A DNA stretch of 63,516 bases, counting the filler, from Squatina squatina (lineage: Eukaryota): the NCBI GenBank assembly GCA_031763465.1. It is 4 parts of 4 records of this genome, joined end to end, with 100 filler letters (N's around TTAATTAATTAA, not from the genome) between each part and the next. Parts side by side here need not be neighbours in the genome. Positions count along the whole stretch, not along the records: positions 1 to 15,889 come from JARFOE010000073.1; 3 more parts are not named here. One strand, 5' to 3'. Positions 1 to 11,969 of this stretch are shown one piece after another. The stretch's first letter is position 1. The number at the start of each line of letters is the position of its first letter. Position numbers and translations under genes: made by a program. Below the pieces are notes generated by a model, which was given only the letters and a program-made list of their open reading frames with translations, had not been told where the DNA came from and made no database searches.

Positions 1-970
1 TAATTTCTGTCTGTTGAACTTGGCAAGTTGACTGCACCCGTTACATTGTATGGTAGTAGTAATTCCTATCATGTACATCAGAATCATGTTTCTAAGTTGA
101 AGTGAGACAGTGGTCGTAACTTTTGTTCCAGCCTCCTAGAGCCTCCTACGAGTCAAATTGTTCAATAATGAGTAGAAAGAAAAGAAGGTTTTATTTACAA
201 AGCATTTTTCTTTTTGTTGGGGGAGGGTGGTAGGAATTCATGGAACTGTACATGAATCATCTGTGCAATAATGACTTGCCATTGGTGGACAGTGTCTGAG
301 CTGCTCCATGTACTACTGCAGCACATGTGTGTGACATACTGACCTGGACAATTTTAATAAGCTTATCATCTTCGCCCTCCCCCCAAGTGTGTTGTGGTGT
401 CTTACAGTTTAGCAGTATTTCACTTTTTTTTGCTATCACGCACTAAATGTCTTAGACGTTTTTTAGGATTTGCTACTCACAGGTAGTCACAAAGAAACTT
501 CACAAATAATAAACCCAGTTGACCAAAAAAAAAGGTGTCATTTTTGTACACACGGCTTTACGCTACCCATTCTTTTCACTGTGATCCACGTTTCGTAACT
601 GTTTTTTCTTGGTATTTGTTAGAAACTGGTTGAAACTTGTATGGCTGGCAGTAGTGGAACCTGCTCCCTCCATTGGCAGAAGTAGATTTCTTTCTGTCTC
701 TGGTGATTAGCCATACAGCATACTCTGTTCTCAGCACTGTAAACAGTCCCTATATGATATGGAGAAGCAATATCACTGTATGAAACTCACATGATGTATT
801 ATTCACTAGCACCCTAGGTGTGATAATTGAAGTAAATATCTTTTATACAAACACAGCACTGGCCTGCATTGTCTTTATTTATGCATAAGCCCTTGAAGCA
901 AACATTTACTTTGTGATGTTACAAAGAGGCTAAATGGTCATGTGTTATTTCTGCACTATAAAGTAAAATG
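1..970 (+). other. 3'UTR-like AT-rich unique sequence, possibly the end of the CUX1 homeodomain-isoform 3'UTR
   Basis: No ORF, T-runs, TGTACA motifs and AATAAA near 508. It lies upstream of the CASP terminal exon, where the CUX1 p200 last exon sits in mammals (inference). Confidence 0.3.
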
Positions 971-1995
971 ATTTTTTTTCCTCAAACTCCTTTATTTGCC
1001 TCAATGAATATCCTTCTTTTCCTGTTAAAGGTAATAACAGCATTCACTCTGAAAAGCGTGAACCCAGCATGTAATGTTTTTAGCTTCGCCCTCACCGCGC
1101 TGGTGTCCGGGTCCGATTATCTGGGTCCAAGCTGACAAACTAGGAATCAATTTGTTTCACATATTTATGTCTCAACTAACCAGTGGCAGATGCTCGGTTG
1201 TTCTCTCCCACAGAAATGGCAGGAGATTCACATTGCCCAGCCTGATGGAGGTTTTCTGTGTCATAGCCCAGGTAAGCAACTCCACCCTGCTTATACCTTT
1301 TAGGTCAATTCTCAGTAGCTGCAAATATCCAGCTTTAGTTAACTTGTGGTTGNNNNNNNNNNNNNNNNNNNNNNNNNNNNNNNNNNNNNNNNNNNNNNNN
1401 NNNNNNNNNNNNNNNNNNNNNNNNNNNNNNNNNNNNNNNNNNNNNNNNNNNNACATCAATAGAACAACGTTCCTAGTCTGTCCTTCATTTCAATTACTCT
1501 TAGAAAAAATAATCAATGCATAATCATCTATCATAGCATGCACATACTGTAGATGCTTAATACTGCAGAGCTAAATAGTCAAATAAAGCAAAAACTGCCA
1601 CAGCACCATAGCATGCGCGAAGAAAATCTGTGCCTGACACACCCTTCAAGGGCTTGTATTGAGAACACTGCATGGTGATCAAGGTTGTAAAATCGACTAC
1701 TGCAGCAAACAGTTACTGCATCAGCAAGAGTGCAAATGATCAATAATACACTCCCATGATAGTTACTGTGTGCTGTGCCAGAACTACAAAAGATGCAGCC
1801 AATGCACAAAAAAAAACTGCAGCAATCAAGTGAGATTTGATCTTTCCTTCGATCATCTCAGCACACCGAATAGAATTATCTAACAGTCTTTGCTATCTGC
1901 ATTTCTAGCTTTGACCTTGAAAGCTAAAAATCATCACTACTTTCCTGCTGCATAAATTCAGGATAAATAGTAATATCTATGCAGCTAATTTTAAT

Positions 1996-3629
1996 AACTT
2001 GCATTTATGTAGCACCTTTAATGTAGTAAAAGAGGTAGGTTTTAGGGAGCATCTTAAAAGGAGAAAAGAGGTAGAAAGGTTTAGAGGGGGAATTCCAAAG
2101 CTTAGGGTCTAGGCAACTGAAGGCACAGTCGCTAATAGTGGAGCGCTGAAAATCGGGGATGTGCAAGAGGCTAGATTTGGAGGAGGTTACACAGATAGGG
2201 CTGGACAAAGCCATGAAGGATTTGAAAATAAGTATTAGCATTTTAAAATCAGGGCGTTGCCAAATCGGGAGCCAATTTCAATCAGAGAGCACAGGGGTGG
2301 AGGGTAAACGGGACTTGGTGCGAGTTAGGACACAGGCAGCAGAGTTTTGGATGAGCTCAAGTTTAAGTAGGGTAGAAGTTGGGAGACCAGTCAGGAGAAT
2401 GTTGGAACGGTCAACTCTGGAGGTAACAAAAGCATGGATGAGGGTTTCAGCAGCAGATGAGATGAGGCAGGGGTGGAACCAGGCAATCTTATAGAGGTGG
2501 AAGAAGGCAGTCTTGGTGATGGAAAGGATATGGAGTCTAATACTCATCTCGGGGTCAAATACGACACTAAGGGTGTGAGCAGTCTGGTTCCGCCTCAGAT
2601 AGTGGCCAGGGAGAGGGATGGAATCAGTGGCTGTGGAATGAAGTTTGTTGTAGGGACTGAAGACAATAGCTCCAGTCTTTCCAATATTTTGTTGAAAGAA
2701 AGTTTGCTCATCCAATACTGGATGCCGGACAAGCAGTGTGACAAATCAAAGATAGTGGAGGAGTCAAGAGAGGTGGTGGTGAGGTAGAGCTGGGTATAAT
2801 CAGCGTACATACGGAAGCTGCTGTGTTTTCGGATGATATCACTGAGGGGCAGCATGTAAGTGAGAAATAGGGGGGGACCAAGGATAGATCCTTGGGATGT
2901 ACCAGAGAAAATGGTGCAGGAGCAGGAGGAGAAGCCATTGTAGGTGATTCTCTGGCAATGACTGGATAGATAATAGAACTAGGTGAGGGCAGTCCAGCTG
3001 GATGATGGAGGGAAAGGTGTTGGAGGAGGGTGGTGTGGTCAACCGTGTCAAAAGCTACGGACAGGTCGAGAAGGTTGAGGAGGCATAGTTTACCACGGTC
3101 ACATTTAATGGTGACTTTGATAAGAGTTGTTTCAGTACTGTGGCAGGGGCAGAAACCTGATTGGAGGGATTCAAATGTGGACTTGTGGGAAAGGTGGACA
3201 GGAATTTGTGAGGTGATAACACGTTCAAGGACTTTGGAGAGAAAAGAGAGGTTGGAGATGAGTTTGCAAGGACAGAGGGGTCAAGCCTGTTTTTTTGAGG
3301 AGAGAGGTGATGACGGCAGATTTTGAAGGGAGAGCAAAAGTACCTAAGGAAAGGGAACCATTAACAGTATTAGCTAACATGGGGACCAAGAAGGGAAGTT
3401 GGATGTTGAGTAGTTTGGTGGGAATAGGGTTGAGGGAGCAGGAGGTGGGCCTCGTGGACAAGATGACCTCGAAGGGGGCATGAGCTGAGATAGGAGAGAA
3501 ACTAGAGAAAGATGCAAAATTCAGAACTAGGACAGGGAGGGAACTTTAGTGGAAGTTTGGCCTGGTGGGCTGGGGAAGGGAAGGGAAGTGGCTGAGGCAG
3601 CTGATCGGATAGTCTCAATCTTAGTGACA
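1996..3629 (-). mobile_element. L2-clade LINE, degenerate RT and 3' tail
   Basis: Minus-strand ORF fragments MYADYTQLYL (YADDTQLY motif), AAETLIHAFVTSRVD..N.LL.GLP and SCSLNPIPTKLL, with frameshifts; 3' tail ...ATAAATGCAAGTT. Confidence 0.9.
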
Positions 3630-3904
3630 NNNNNNNNNNNNNNNNNNNNNNNNNNNNNNNNNNNNNNNNNNNNNNNNNNNNNNNNNNNNNNNNNNNNNNN
3701 NNNNNNNNNNNNNNNNNNNNNNNNNNNNNCGAGCATTCATGTCTAGAACTATGAGGTATCCCCCCCTCCCCCCATTGACTAATAATATGTTTATTGTGTT
3801 ATGGAGCTGGTTCTAATGGCCATGTTTTAAAGCACTGAGGAGTAATACATCGAGGACATGTTTTACAGAAATGTGAACAGTCCTTCAGTCAGCACCACCA
3901 GCAA

Positions 3905-4082
3905 GACGGATTGTCTGTGCGTTATCTCATTGCTGTTTGTGAGATTCTGCTGTGTGCAAATTTGCTGCCATGTTTCCTACATTGCGACAGTGACTACACT
4001 TCAAAAGTACTTCATTGGCTGTAAAGAACTTTGCGACGTTCTAAGGTCGTGAAAAGCGCCCTAGAAATGCAATTCTTTCTTT
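3905..4082 (+). mobile_element. Deu-domain SINE (SacSINE1-like) 3' part
   Basis: TTGCTGTTTGTGAGA..CTGTGTGCAAATTTGCTGCCATGTTTCCTACATT..GACTACACTTCAAAAGTAC; several other copies in the window. Confidence 0.75.
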
Positions 4083-4424
4083 ATGCATTTCAGCAATGTG
4101 CTGCTTTTTAAAACACCTTTGGTTTGTCTCTTTCTGCTATCTTAACCACTTCTCTCAAATCAGGTTCTGGCCAGTGATATTGACGATATTGGTTACGCTG
4201 GTCTATAAAAATAAATGGGCTTATATATTATTATAGGTAAAATAAATGATGTGTATTTGTACTTTTAGATAATCTTCTTCATCTTGATATGTTGTGGTCA
4301 GTTTCTGCGGGTGATGTTTAGGAGTTGCCACATTTGCACTTGTGGTCTCAGTCAGTGTTGTACATTCTGCGTAGTGTTGCTAATAGTTTTGGTGCTAGTG
4401 ATCTGATTTGTTTCATTTCTCTAG

Positions 4425-4485
4425 GTATTCTGACCATCTGCACAAGTTCCATGAGAACGGTGACGCAAGGGATATGTGGCAGTGA
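4425..4485 (+). CDS. CUX1: CUX1 CASP isoform, terminal coding exon (K)YSDHLHKFHENGDARDMWQ*
   Basis: Acceptor ttcatttctctAG at 4423-4424 and stop TGA at 4483-4485. The peptide matches the recalled CASP C-terminus KFADHLHKFHENDNGAAAGDLWQ and lies upstream of SH2B2, as in mammals. Confidence 0.88.
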
Positions 4486-4880
4486 AGCGGAGGATTGTGG
4501 GNNNNNNNNNNNNNNNNNNNNNNNNNNNNNNNNNNNNNNNNNNNNNNNNNNNNNNNNNNNNNNNNNNNNNNNNNNNNNNNNNNNNNNNNNNNNNNNNNNN
4601 NAGGAGAACAACCCCAGCTTCTCCAACCTAACCTCGTAGCTAAAATCCCTCATCCCTGGAGCCACTCACCAAGCCTACTTTCAGTCAGAGTGCAATTACT
4701 ACTGTTATTTTTAATCAGAATATACCATCTCACACTGTTGCTCCTCTGATTTTTAGATAGCTGCACTGTTACTTGGTTCGAAGGATGAACTTACATTTAT
4801 ATCCTCGATGTCCTCAAGCACCATTCCGCCAATGAAGCCTGGTCACTGTTGTAATCTAGGCACAAATGTAATAACCTACA

Positions 4881-5207
4881 ACCCCAGTGCTTGTTGACCC
4901 ACATTGGCTCCTGGTCCATCAATGCCTCAATTTTAAAATTCCATCCTTGCTTTTAAATAGCTCCATAGCCATGCCCTGACCCCCTATCTCTGTAACCTCA
5001 GCCGGCCATACAACTCTCGAAGAACTCTGCATTCCTCCAACTCGGGCCTCTGGTGCATCCCCACTAGCATCTTTGACCAGTCGTCAGTCACCTGCCCGAC
5101 TGTCTCTTTCTCTGGCTCGGTGTCAATATTTGGCTGATTATGCTCTTGTGAAACGCCTTGGGCCTTTTTACTATATTAATGGTGCTATATAAATGCAAGT
5201 TTTTGTT
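4881..5207 (+). mobile_element. L2 LINE 3' fragment
   Basis: CCCAGTGCTTGTTGACCCACATTGGCTCC...TTTAAAATT..., ending in the TATATAAATGCAAGTT tail; related to the element at 1996-3629. Confidence 0.7.
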
Positions 5208-6110
5208 TCTTTCTTGCAAGCAGCACTGAAACATGTTCGAAGCAGGTTCATTACTGACAGTCGATAGCCACCAGGGCTTTACACAGTGGTAATGTAATGT
5301 CAAATGTAATTAAATTATCAAGCTACGCCTGAACAGTCCTATCACTGGACCCAGTGTGCTGCATCACAGACACTCATATCTCCACCAAGAAATTAGGTCA
5401 CACTTTCAACTAATTGGAAATGTGTTTTTAATTGTTGAGACAGAAGACCATTTTTAATCATTTCAATAGTTTTCTGGCATTGAATTAATTTAATTTCTAA
5501 AATAACATTATTGAGCTGACTGCTGAGGTAACCCGCACAAACTAATTATCCACCTCATTCACCAAACCAGTTTATGCTTGAAAAGCTTAAGAAATCATTG
5601 CTGTAAAATTAATATAGTTTGCGTTTTCACCTCATTAATTGTGAATCACATTTATTGAACACAGTTGGATGAGTCACAATATTTTAAGTAGGCCAGCCTT
5701 AAAATGAAAAGTCTTGTCTTTCTATGTATAAAACTCATTATTTGAGCACAACACCAAACAAAACTTGAGCAAAGGAAATTCAGTCGGGTGAATGGCAGAT
5801 GCCATTATTGTTCTGACCACATCATTCTGTTACAATATCCAAGTAATGCCATGTAATTAGGGTTATTTCTCTAGGTAAGTGTTATTTAAAAGCTGTAATA
5901 TTTAATTTTAAAGGTCACGTTCAGAACAAAGACTTGATAAGACACAGACAATTTTATTTACTGCATGCTAGGACAGGCTGGGCATTTGAACATGTGTTGC
6001 TTAGTTACTANNNNNNNNNNNNNNNNNNNNNNNNNNNNNNNNNNNNNNNNNNNNNNNNNNNNNNNNNNNNNNNNNNNNNNNNNNNNNNNNNNNNNNNNNN
6101 NNNNNNNNNN

Positions 6111-6272
6111 GATTCAATAGTAACTTTCAAAAGGGAATTGGATAAATACTGAACAGGAAAGATTTTCAGGGCTCTGGAAAAGAGCGGGGGATTGAGACTA
6201 ATTGGATAGCTCAACCAAAGAGCACGATTGGGCGAATGGCTTCTTTTGTGCTGTATCATTCTATGATTCTAT
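6111..6272 (+). mobile_element. CR1 LINE 3' end
   Basis: DSIVTFKRELDKY, a GGGCGAATGGC hairpin and a (TTCTATGA)n tail. Confidence 0.8.
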
Positions 6273-6438
6273 GGCGCAGGATCTTGGTTCTGAAGTGCAT
6301 TTGTTGCTTAATATTTCTAGATGAACAAGGTGTTGGTTTGTATGTTGGGTGTTCATTGTAATACTGTCAAGCAGTAGATATAACAAAGCCTTTTTCCCCC
6401 TTCTTGTACAGCTTAATTGGGGCTTCAGTGAAATAGCC

Positions 6439-7287
6439 ATGAATGGTGATTCTGAAAGTCAGGATTCTTTACAACAAGTTCCAGACTGGAAGGAGTTTTG
6501 TGAGGTGCAGGCACGAGCTGCTGCAACCCAATTCGCCCAGAAATTTCGGATATTTGTAAGTGAAAATCCCCATTACGAGTGTCCAGGAATAGAGACCAAT
6601 TTCTCGCAACATTTTGCCTCCCATTTTGTCGAGTACTTTGCTTTGGAGGTGAACAGGCCGTATCTCTCAGATTCCCCGATCAAATATAACATTGCTCCAT
6701 TCTCGGACATTCAGAATTGTCAGCTGCCTTATGGTAAAGAAGTTCTCCAGAGAAAGGAGAATTCAGATTCTCTTGAGAGCATAGACAACACGCTGAACTC
6801 AAGCAGGTACCTGAGACAGGTGCAGGTCCGGGACATGTCTAATTTTGGCCATTCCCGGAGCTCGGAGGACGTTTCTGTCAGTGCTTCTGCCAGACCAAAG
6901 TTTAAGAAAGGGTTTTCTCTGCGGAACATGAGCGTGTGCATGGTGGATGGGATGAAAGAGATCTTGCAGTGGAGGTCCTCGGCAGAACCTCTGCTGGATG
7001 CTGGGCAGAGCAGGAGGCCTGAGGGAGACGACTCCTCAGGGAGTAAACTCGAAAATGATGTCCGCGACAAATGGAGCCACAAATTGGAACGTTTACGTCT
7101 AACAAGGTCATCATCTGCTAAAGTGGAACTGCTGGACATCCAAAGGGAAGGCACGTTGAGGTACATGGTGGCTGATGACACTAACTGCGTGAGCAGCACA
7201 CAATGGCAGAAGTGTCGACTGTTGCTGCGGAAAGCTGTGAGACTGGAAGGAGAACGATTCCTCTTGGAATTTTATGTACCACCCAAG
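6439..7287 (+). CDS. SH2B2: SH2B adaptor protein 2 (APS), first coding exon: Phe-zipper dimerisation domain and start of PH domain
   Basis: MNG..VPDWKEFCE..AAATQFAQKF, KGFSLRNMS and WQKCRLLLRKAV..ERFLLEFYVPPK. Acceptor at 6410-6411, ATG at 6439, donor GTAAGA at 7288. Confidence 0.93.
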
Positions 7288-7349
7288 GTAAGATCAGAAA
7301 CCATTCCTATCAGGACCCCCGCAGTGCAAGAACTAGAAGGAGATTGTTG

Positions 7350-7594
7350 CCTCGTGCCAAGGGTACAGTACAGCTTTACCCGAATTACACCAGGGATTAA
7401 AGGGTAAAATTCTGAGGACAGGTTGCATTAACTGGGCTTGTATTCCTTTGAGTTTCGAAGGTTGAGGGCTGATCTGATCAAGCTGTTTAAAATGATAAAG
7501 GGGTTCGATGCGGTATATTTCCTCTGGTGGAGGAATCCGGAACGAGGAGCACAATCTTAAAATTAGAGCCAGACCCTTCCAGAAATCTGGAACT
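7350..7594 (+). mobile_element. CR1 LINE RT C-terminal fragment
   Basis: LGLYSFEFRRLRADLIKLFKMIKG-like and HNLKIRARPF sequence. Confidence 0.75.
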
Positions 7595-8378
7595 NNNNNN
7601 NNNNNNNNNNNNNNNNNNNNNNNNNNNNNNNNNNNNNNNNNNNNNNNNNNNNNNNNNNNNNNNNNNNNNNNNNNNNNNNNNNNNNNNNNNNNNNATAACC
7701 TCAAAGTACATTGCCGCCAGTTGTGCAAGTGCAAAGTCTAGACGATAGACTATACCTTAAAGTCTCATTGTGAGCTTTGCAATAACAATGGAAGATACAA
7801 GACTGATAAAGACTACTGCAGTCCACCTGTGTAGTCCCAGTGTCCAAGAAATATCATATCGTCGAGTTACAGAATAACAAAGCAGGTCGTATTTTGTTGC
7901 AATTTATGAGGGTTGACCCATTTGAAATGATTCCTTTCACCNNNNNNNNNNAAAATTGTAACGCGAAATGTAGCATGTTTTTATGCTAATTCCCCTTAAA
8001 CCTTTTTTTGTGTAAAGTGCGTCATCTGGTAACTCCGTGCTATTTTGCGCTATCATTTTAATGCTGGAATAAATGTTACAAATTGATGACAGCTTCCAGC
8101 TGCAGCTTTGATCATTGCCGAGCCCCGTGGTGTAGAAAGCTGATACAAGGTCACGCCTGAGCCTTGAGCTGTGCTGGATATGAACCTCCATTAAGCATTC
8201 TGCAGGTCTGCTGACTAATTAACACAGAGCAGAAAGAAAGAGTTGCAGAACCACAGACCGACTTGTCCTCAGAAACATTATCGAATGTAGTGAAAATATT
8301 GTAACCGTATGCGCGTGATTATATTTTGATGTAAAATCCTAGACTACTGGAAAGACTCTGTGATTTGTTGTGTGCCAG

Positions 8379-8470
8379 GTGGAGAATGGTGCAGAGTACA
8401 TCCTGGAGACGATTGACTCCTTACAGAAACACTCGTGGGTGGCTGACATTCAGGATTGCATAGATCCAGG
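8379..8470 (+). CDS. SH2B2: SH2B2 exon, PH domain C-terminal part
   Basis: VENGAEYILETIDSLQKHSWVADIQDCIDP(G), flanked by AG and GTAAG. Confidence 0.92.
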
Positions 8471-8949
8471 GTAAGAGCAACGTTACTGCCAGTTGCAGGA
8501 CTAAGGGCATTCTCTGCTTAGATATTTATACATACAGAAGGGTTCAGTGGGAATATTTTACATAAAAATCGATAATGCTGCAGAGTGTCGTGAGGCCAGG
8601 AGGGCCACTGGGTCGATGGAGTGGGCTCAGTGGATTATTCTCATCTGCAAGGGTGCACAATTATACAAGAGTAAGCCTGTATCAATGTTCCTCTGGTTAA
8701 AGTCTGCCATACATACGGAACTCACCACAAGTAGGAATGGGAATACCCCAACTTTGATTGCTTGGGCCGGCCCACGTGATCCCAGGGACACTCGCGAACC
8801 ACCTGGCCTTTGTGAGCCTTTACGCAGGCCTATGCCTGCAGGCCCAGGAGCGCAAGAGTCCAAAGATACAGAGGCACCAGGTAGGTGCATGCTTTTATTG
8901 TGGACCAAAGGCATTCGCCCGTGGAAAGTCTCCAATCGCAATTTTAAGT

Positions 8950-9304
8950 CCAATATTCCTGGTTACCAACTATTCAGCGATGATAAAGAAGGAAAAAACA
9001 GGAAGGAGTGTGGCAGTATATTGATTAAGGATAATGTTGCAATTCCAAATAGAAAGAATACACTAGATGGTTCTTGGACTGAATCGATTTGGCTTGAATT
9101 GAGAAACACAGGGAAAGCTGTTACATTGTTGGTCGTTCTTTTTATAGAGCTCCAAACTCTGAGTAGATGAGCAAATTTGTTGGCAAATTTCAAAGGAGTG
9201 TAACAAAAATATAGTAATATTAGGAAACTTTAATTACCCTAATACAGACTGGGAAAAAAATAATGCTAAGCGTAGGGAAGGAGAGGAATTTCTGATACGT
9301 GTAC
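8950..9304 (+). mobile_element. CR1 LINE APE-endonuclease fragment
   Basis: NIPGYQLF..., ESIWLELRN and a GNFNYPNTDW-like motif. Confidence 0.75.
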
Positions 9305-9489
9305 NNNNNNNNNNNNNNNNNNNNNNNNNNNNNNNNNNNNNNNNNNNNNNNNNNNNNNNNNNNNNNNNNNNNNNNNNNNNNNNNNNNNNNNNNNNNNNNN
9401 NNNNGAGCAGGCTCGAAGGGCCGAATGGCCTACTCCTGCTCCTATTTTCTATGTTTTTATGGAACAAAGGGATATTCAGAACACAAGGA

Positions 9490-9845
9490 CATTCGGAACA
9501 TAGGGACATTCGGAAAAGGAGACCAGTCAGCCCCTCGAGTCTGCTCCACCATTTAATCAGATCATGGCTGATTTCCACCCAGCTCCATTTATCCGCCTTT
9601 TCTCCACATCCTTTGATACCCTTCCCCAATAAAAACCGATCTATCTCAGGCTTGAAAGCTCAATTGACCCCCAGACTCCACAGCTTTTAGGGAGAGCAAG
9701 TTATTGATTCCGCAACCCTTTGTGTGAAAGATTGCTTCCTGATATCACTCCTGAATGGCCGAGCTCTAATTTTAAGATTATGTTCTCTTGTTCTGGATTC
9801 CCCACCAGAGGAAATAGTTTCTCTGTATCTACCCTATCAAATGTA
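9490..9845 (-). mobile_element. CR1 LINE 3' fragment
   Basis: Reverse complement of the CR1 RT tail and 3'UTR (KGIKGCGEKADKW). Confidence 0.8.
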
Positions 9846-9974
9846 GATTTTAAGCTGAGGGTGAATAGTAAATCCTGGGAATCAGTTGAAAGTGCGTGAG
9901 AAGCATGTCTTAAGGTTGACTATGTACTAGGGCACATCCAACTCACTAACTTTGTGTTATCTTCACTGCCTCAG

Positions 9975-10142
9975 GTGTTGCCCAAGTCCCAGATAAGATG
10001 TGTGCTAATCCTGATTCTGCTGTCACTGTCTCACACGTCAGACCGAAGGAACTCCAAGTGCCGGAGCCTCCCGCACATGTTCCTCTGGAAAACTTCCTGC
10101 AGACTTTGCATTCAGAAACCCCAAGCACCACGTCCTCTGCAG
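9975..10142 (+). CDS. SH2B2: SH2B2 exon, PH-SH2 linker
   Basis: ..HVPLENFLQTL.. matches the recalled SH2B2 HVPLETFLQTL; 168-bp phase 1-1 exon with AG/GT. Confidence 0.85.
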
Positions 10143-10851
10143 GTAATATAGCGACATCCAAGCCTGAGCTTAACTGCTGCCGGGAAACCATCGCACGACT
10201 GGTGACACTTATTGCACCAAGAATGATTGAGTTAATTTGGGGGATTCTGGAACTCTCACTGAAAGCAAGCTAAAAGCTCGATGATTGGTTAAACTGACTT
10301 CATCATCTATATTTTCTCTTTGCATGTTGAGACTGGATTTTAGTGGGCTTTAGGTGACTGCTGGGGCAGTGCCAGTCACAACTCCTTCTTTCCCTTAACT
10401 TGTGTTGCCTCCTTTAAATTCTGAGGGAATTATTTTGGGGAAGGGATGAATCGAGGTGCTAAGTGGATGCTGTGCTCCTCAGACATGCCTGTTTAAACGT
10501 CTGGTTTTAACCCTCAGTTTTGGGGCAAATTGCTGATCACCATGATTTAAATGTGTCTGGAGGCGCCAAGCCGGAGACTGCACATTTANNNNNNNNNNNN
10601 NNNNNNNNNNNNNNNNNNNNNNNNNNNNNNNNNNNNNNNNNNNNNNNNNNNNNNNNNNNNNNNNNNNNNNNNNNNNNNNNNNNNNNNNTAACGCGCCGTT
10701 ATTTTGCCAACCAATTCTGGCCCATTAAAATAAAATGACCTTGCACCAAGCTAAGCTCATATCCCCAGAGGCAAGCGAGGTGTCCAGAGAGCAACAGTCC
10801 TGTGATACTGCACCGGGAGACATACCATAGGCCCCACTGAGAACATCCTGC

Positions 10852-10962
10852 GAATAAACAGGAACTCCACATAGTTGCGTAGTGAGTAACGCTTACCTTG
10901 CTGAATAAACAGGAACTCAATGCAGTTAGACTACCTTGTTGGATAAACAGGAACTCCACACA
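10852..10962 (+). repeat. Three dispersed copies of G(A/G)ATAAACAGGAACTC
   Basis: Copies start at 10852, 10903 and 10941; copies 2 and 3 share an upstream TACCTTG. Confidence 0.7.
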
Positions 10963-11658
10963 ATAGCTGAGCTGTATTGCCAAATCGTACCAACAGATAT
11001 TGTCATCCTAAAGCTGTGCAGTCCCCTGGTCAGGCTTGTATGCAATTCAGGAAAGAAATATCCAAAGTCTAGAAGCAGTACAGAGAGGTGTCAGAAGACA
11101 GGGTTCAGAGGAAAGATTAGAAAGAATCCGACTCTTCAGCTTGGCGAACTGAGTGAGGGGCAGGGGGGACCTTGTGGAGGTCTGCAAGCTGTGAAATGGA
11201 TTTGAACATGTTAATCTGGAGCACCATTTCAAATGCTATCATGATTGCAGGTCAAGGGGACATAGGTACAAAGTGGTAAAGACAAGTCAAGGATCAATAT
11301 CAGGAAAGATATCTTCACAGAGAGTGGCCAATACCTGGAGTGATCTTCCAGGCTAGGATAATCGGTGAAAAACCCTGNNNNNNNNNNATCATTCAGATGC
11401 AGTTAGGTACAATGATAAATTTTGATGGAGAGTTAACGCCCTTCCTCGTCTGTACTTGGTGACCTTCACAAAGAGAGAGATGGAGATAGTTAAAATAGAA
11501 TTTCATGACAGGTGACAGAAAATTTGAAAGCCTTTGGAGAGGCTTGAAGAGCATTTCTTTTTTTCATCCTACAATCTACTGGTCTCCGTGTTTTATAATT
11601 CCTAGTAATTCTTTATGCAAGAAATGTATCTTCCAACAAATGTATTTATCCCTTACAG

Positions 11659-11969
11659 AGATGAGTACTTCACACAATGCCACACCTCCAGCTGCCCCTA
11701 CACAGCCCAACTGCAGAAGTGATACCCATCAATCACAGCACTACTTTGCCAACTCTGTAGGTGACAGCCTTCAATCTGCTGCCCAAGTTGAAGGGACATC
11801 TTCCACCATCCATCCGGCACCCCACAGATCAGAGGCCGTTGTCGCCGTTCGTAACAGTAACTCCGAGCGTTTGCTGCAACCTCCAGCTGCGACCTCAGAG
11901 GACTACCATGACAGCGATGGATCGAGGAACCGAACACGAGCTGTGGAAAATCAATATTCTTTCTACTAA
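11659..11969 (+). CDS. SH2B2: SH2B2 terminal coding exon
   Basis: Ends RTRAVENQYSFY*, the SH2B2 C-terminal Cbl-binding tyrosine motif; acceptor ccttacAG at 11657-11658. Confidence 0.92.

Noticed and set aside
1090-1275. Possible micro-exons near 1093-1128 (minus) and ending near 1271 (plus)
   Set aside because: Splice-like sites exist, but the peptides do not match CASP or any protein I recognise.
6349-7407. 352-aa ORF as a single-exon gene
   Set aside because: Only 6439-7287 is SH2B2 coding; the flanks run through an acceptor, a donor and CR1 sequence.
8547-9170. 207-aa ORF inside SH2B2
   Set aside because: Chance read-through of MITE-like sequence into a CR1 endonuclease fragment.
10852-10962. 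CRISPR-like repeat-spacer pattern
   Set aside because: Only three short imperfect repeats with unequal spacers, in a vertebrate intron with no cas genes.
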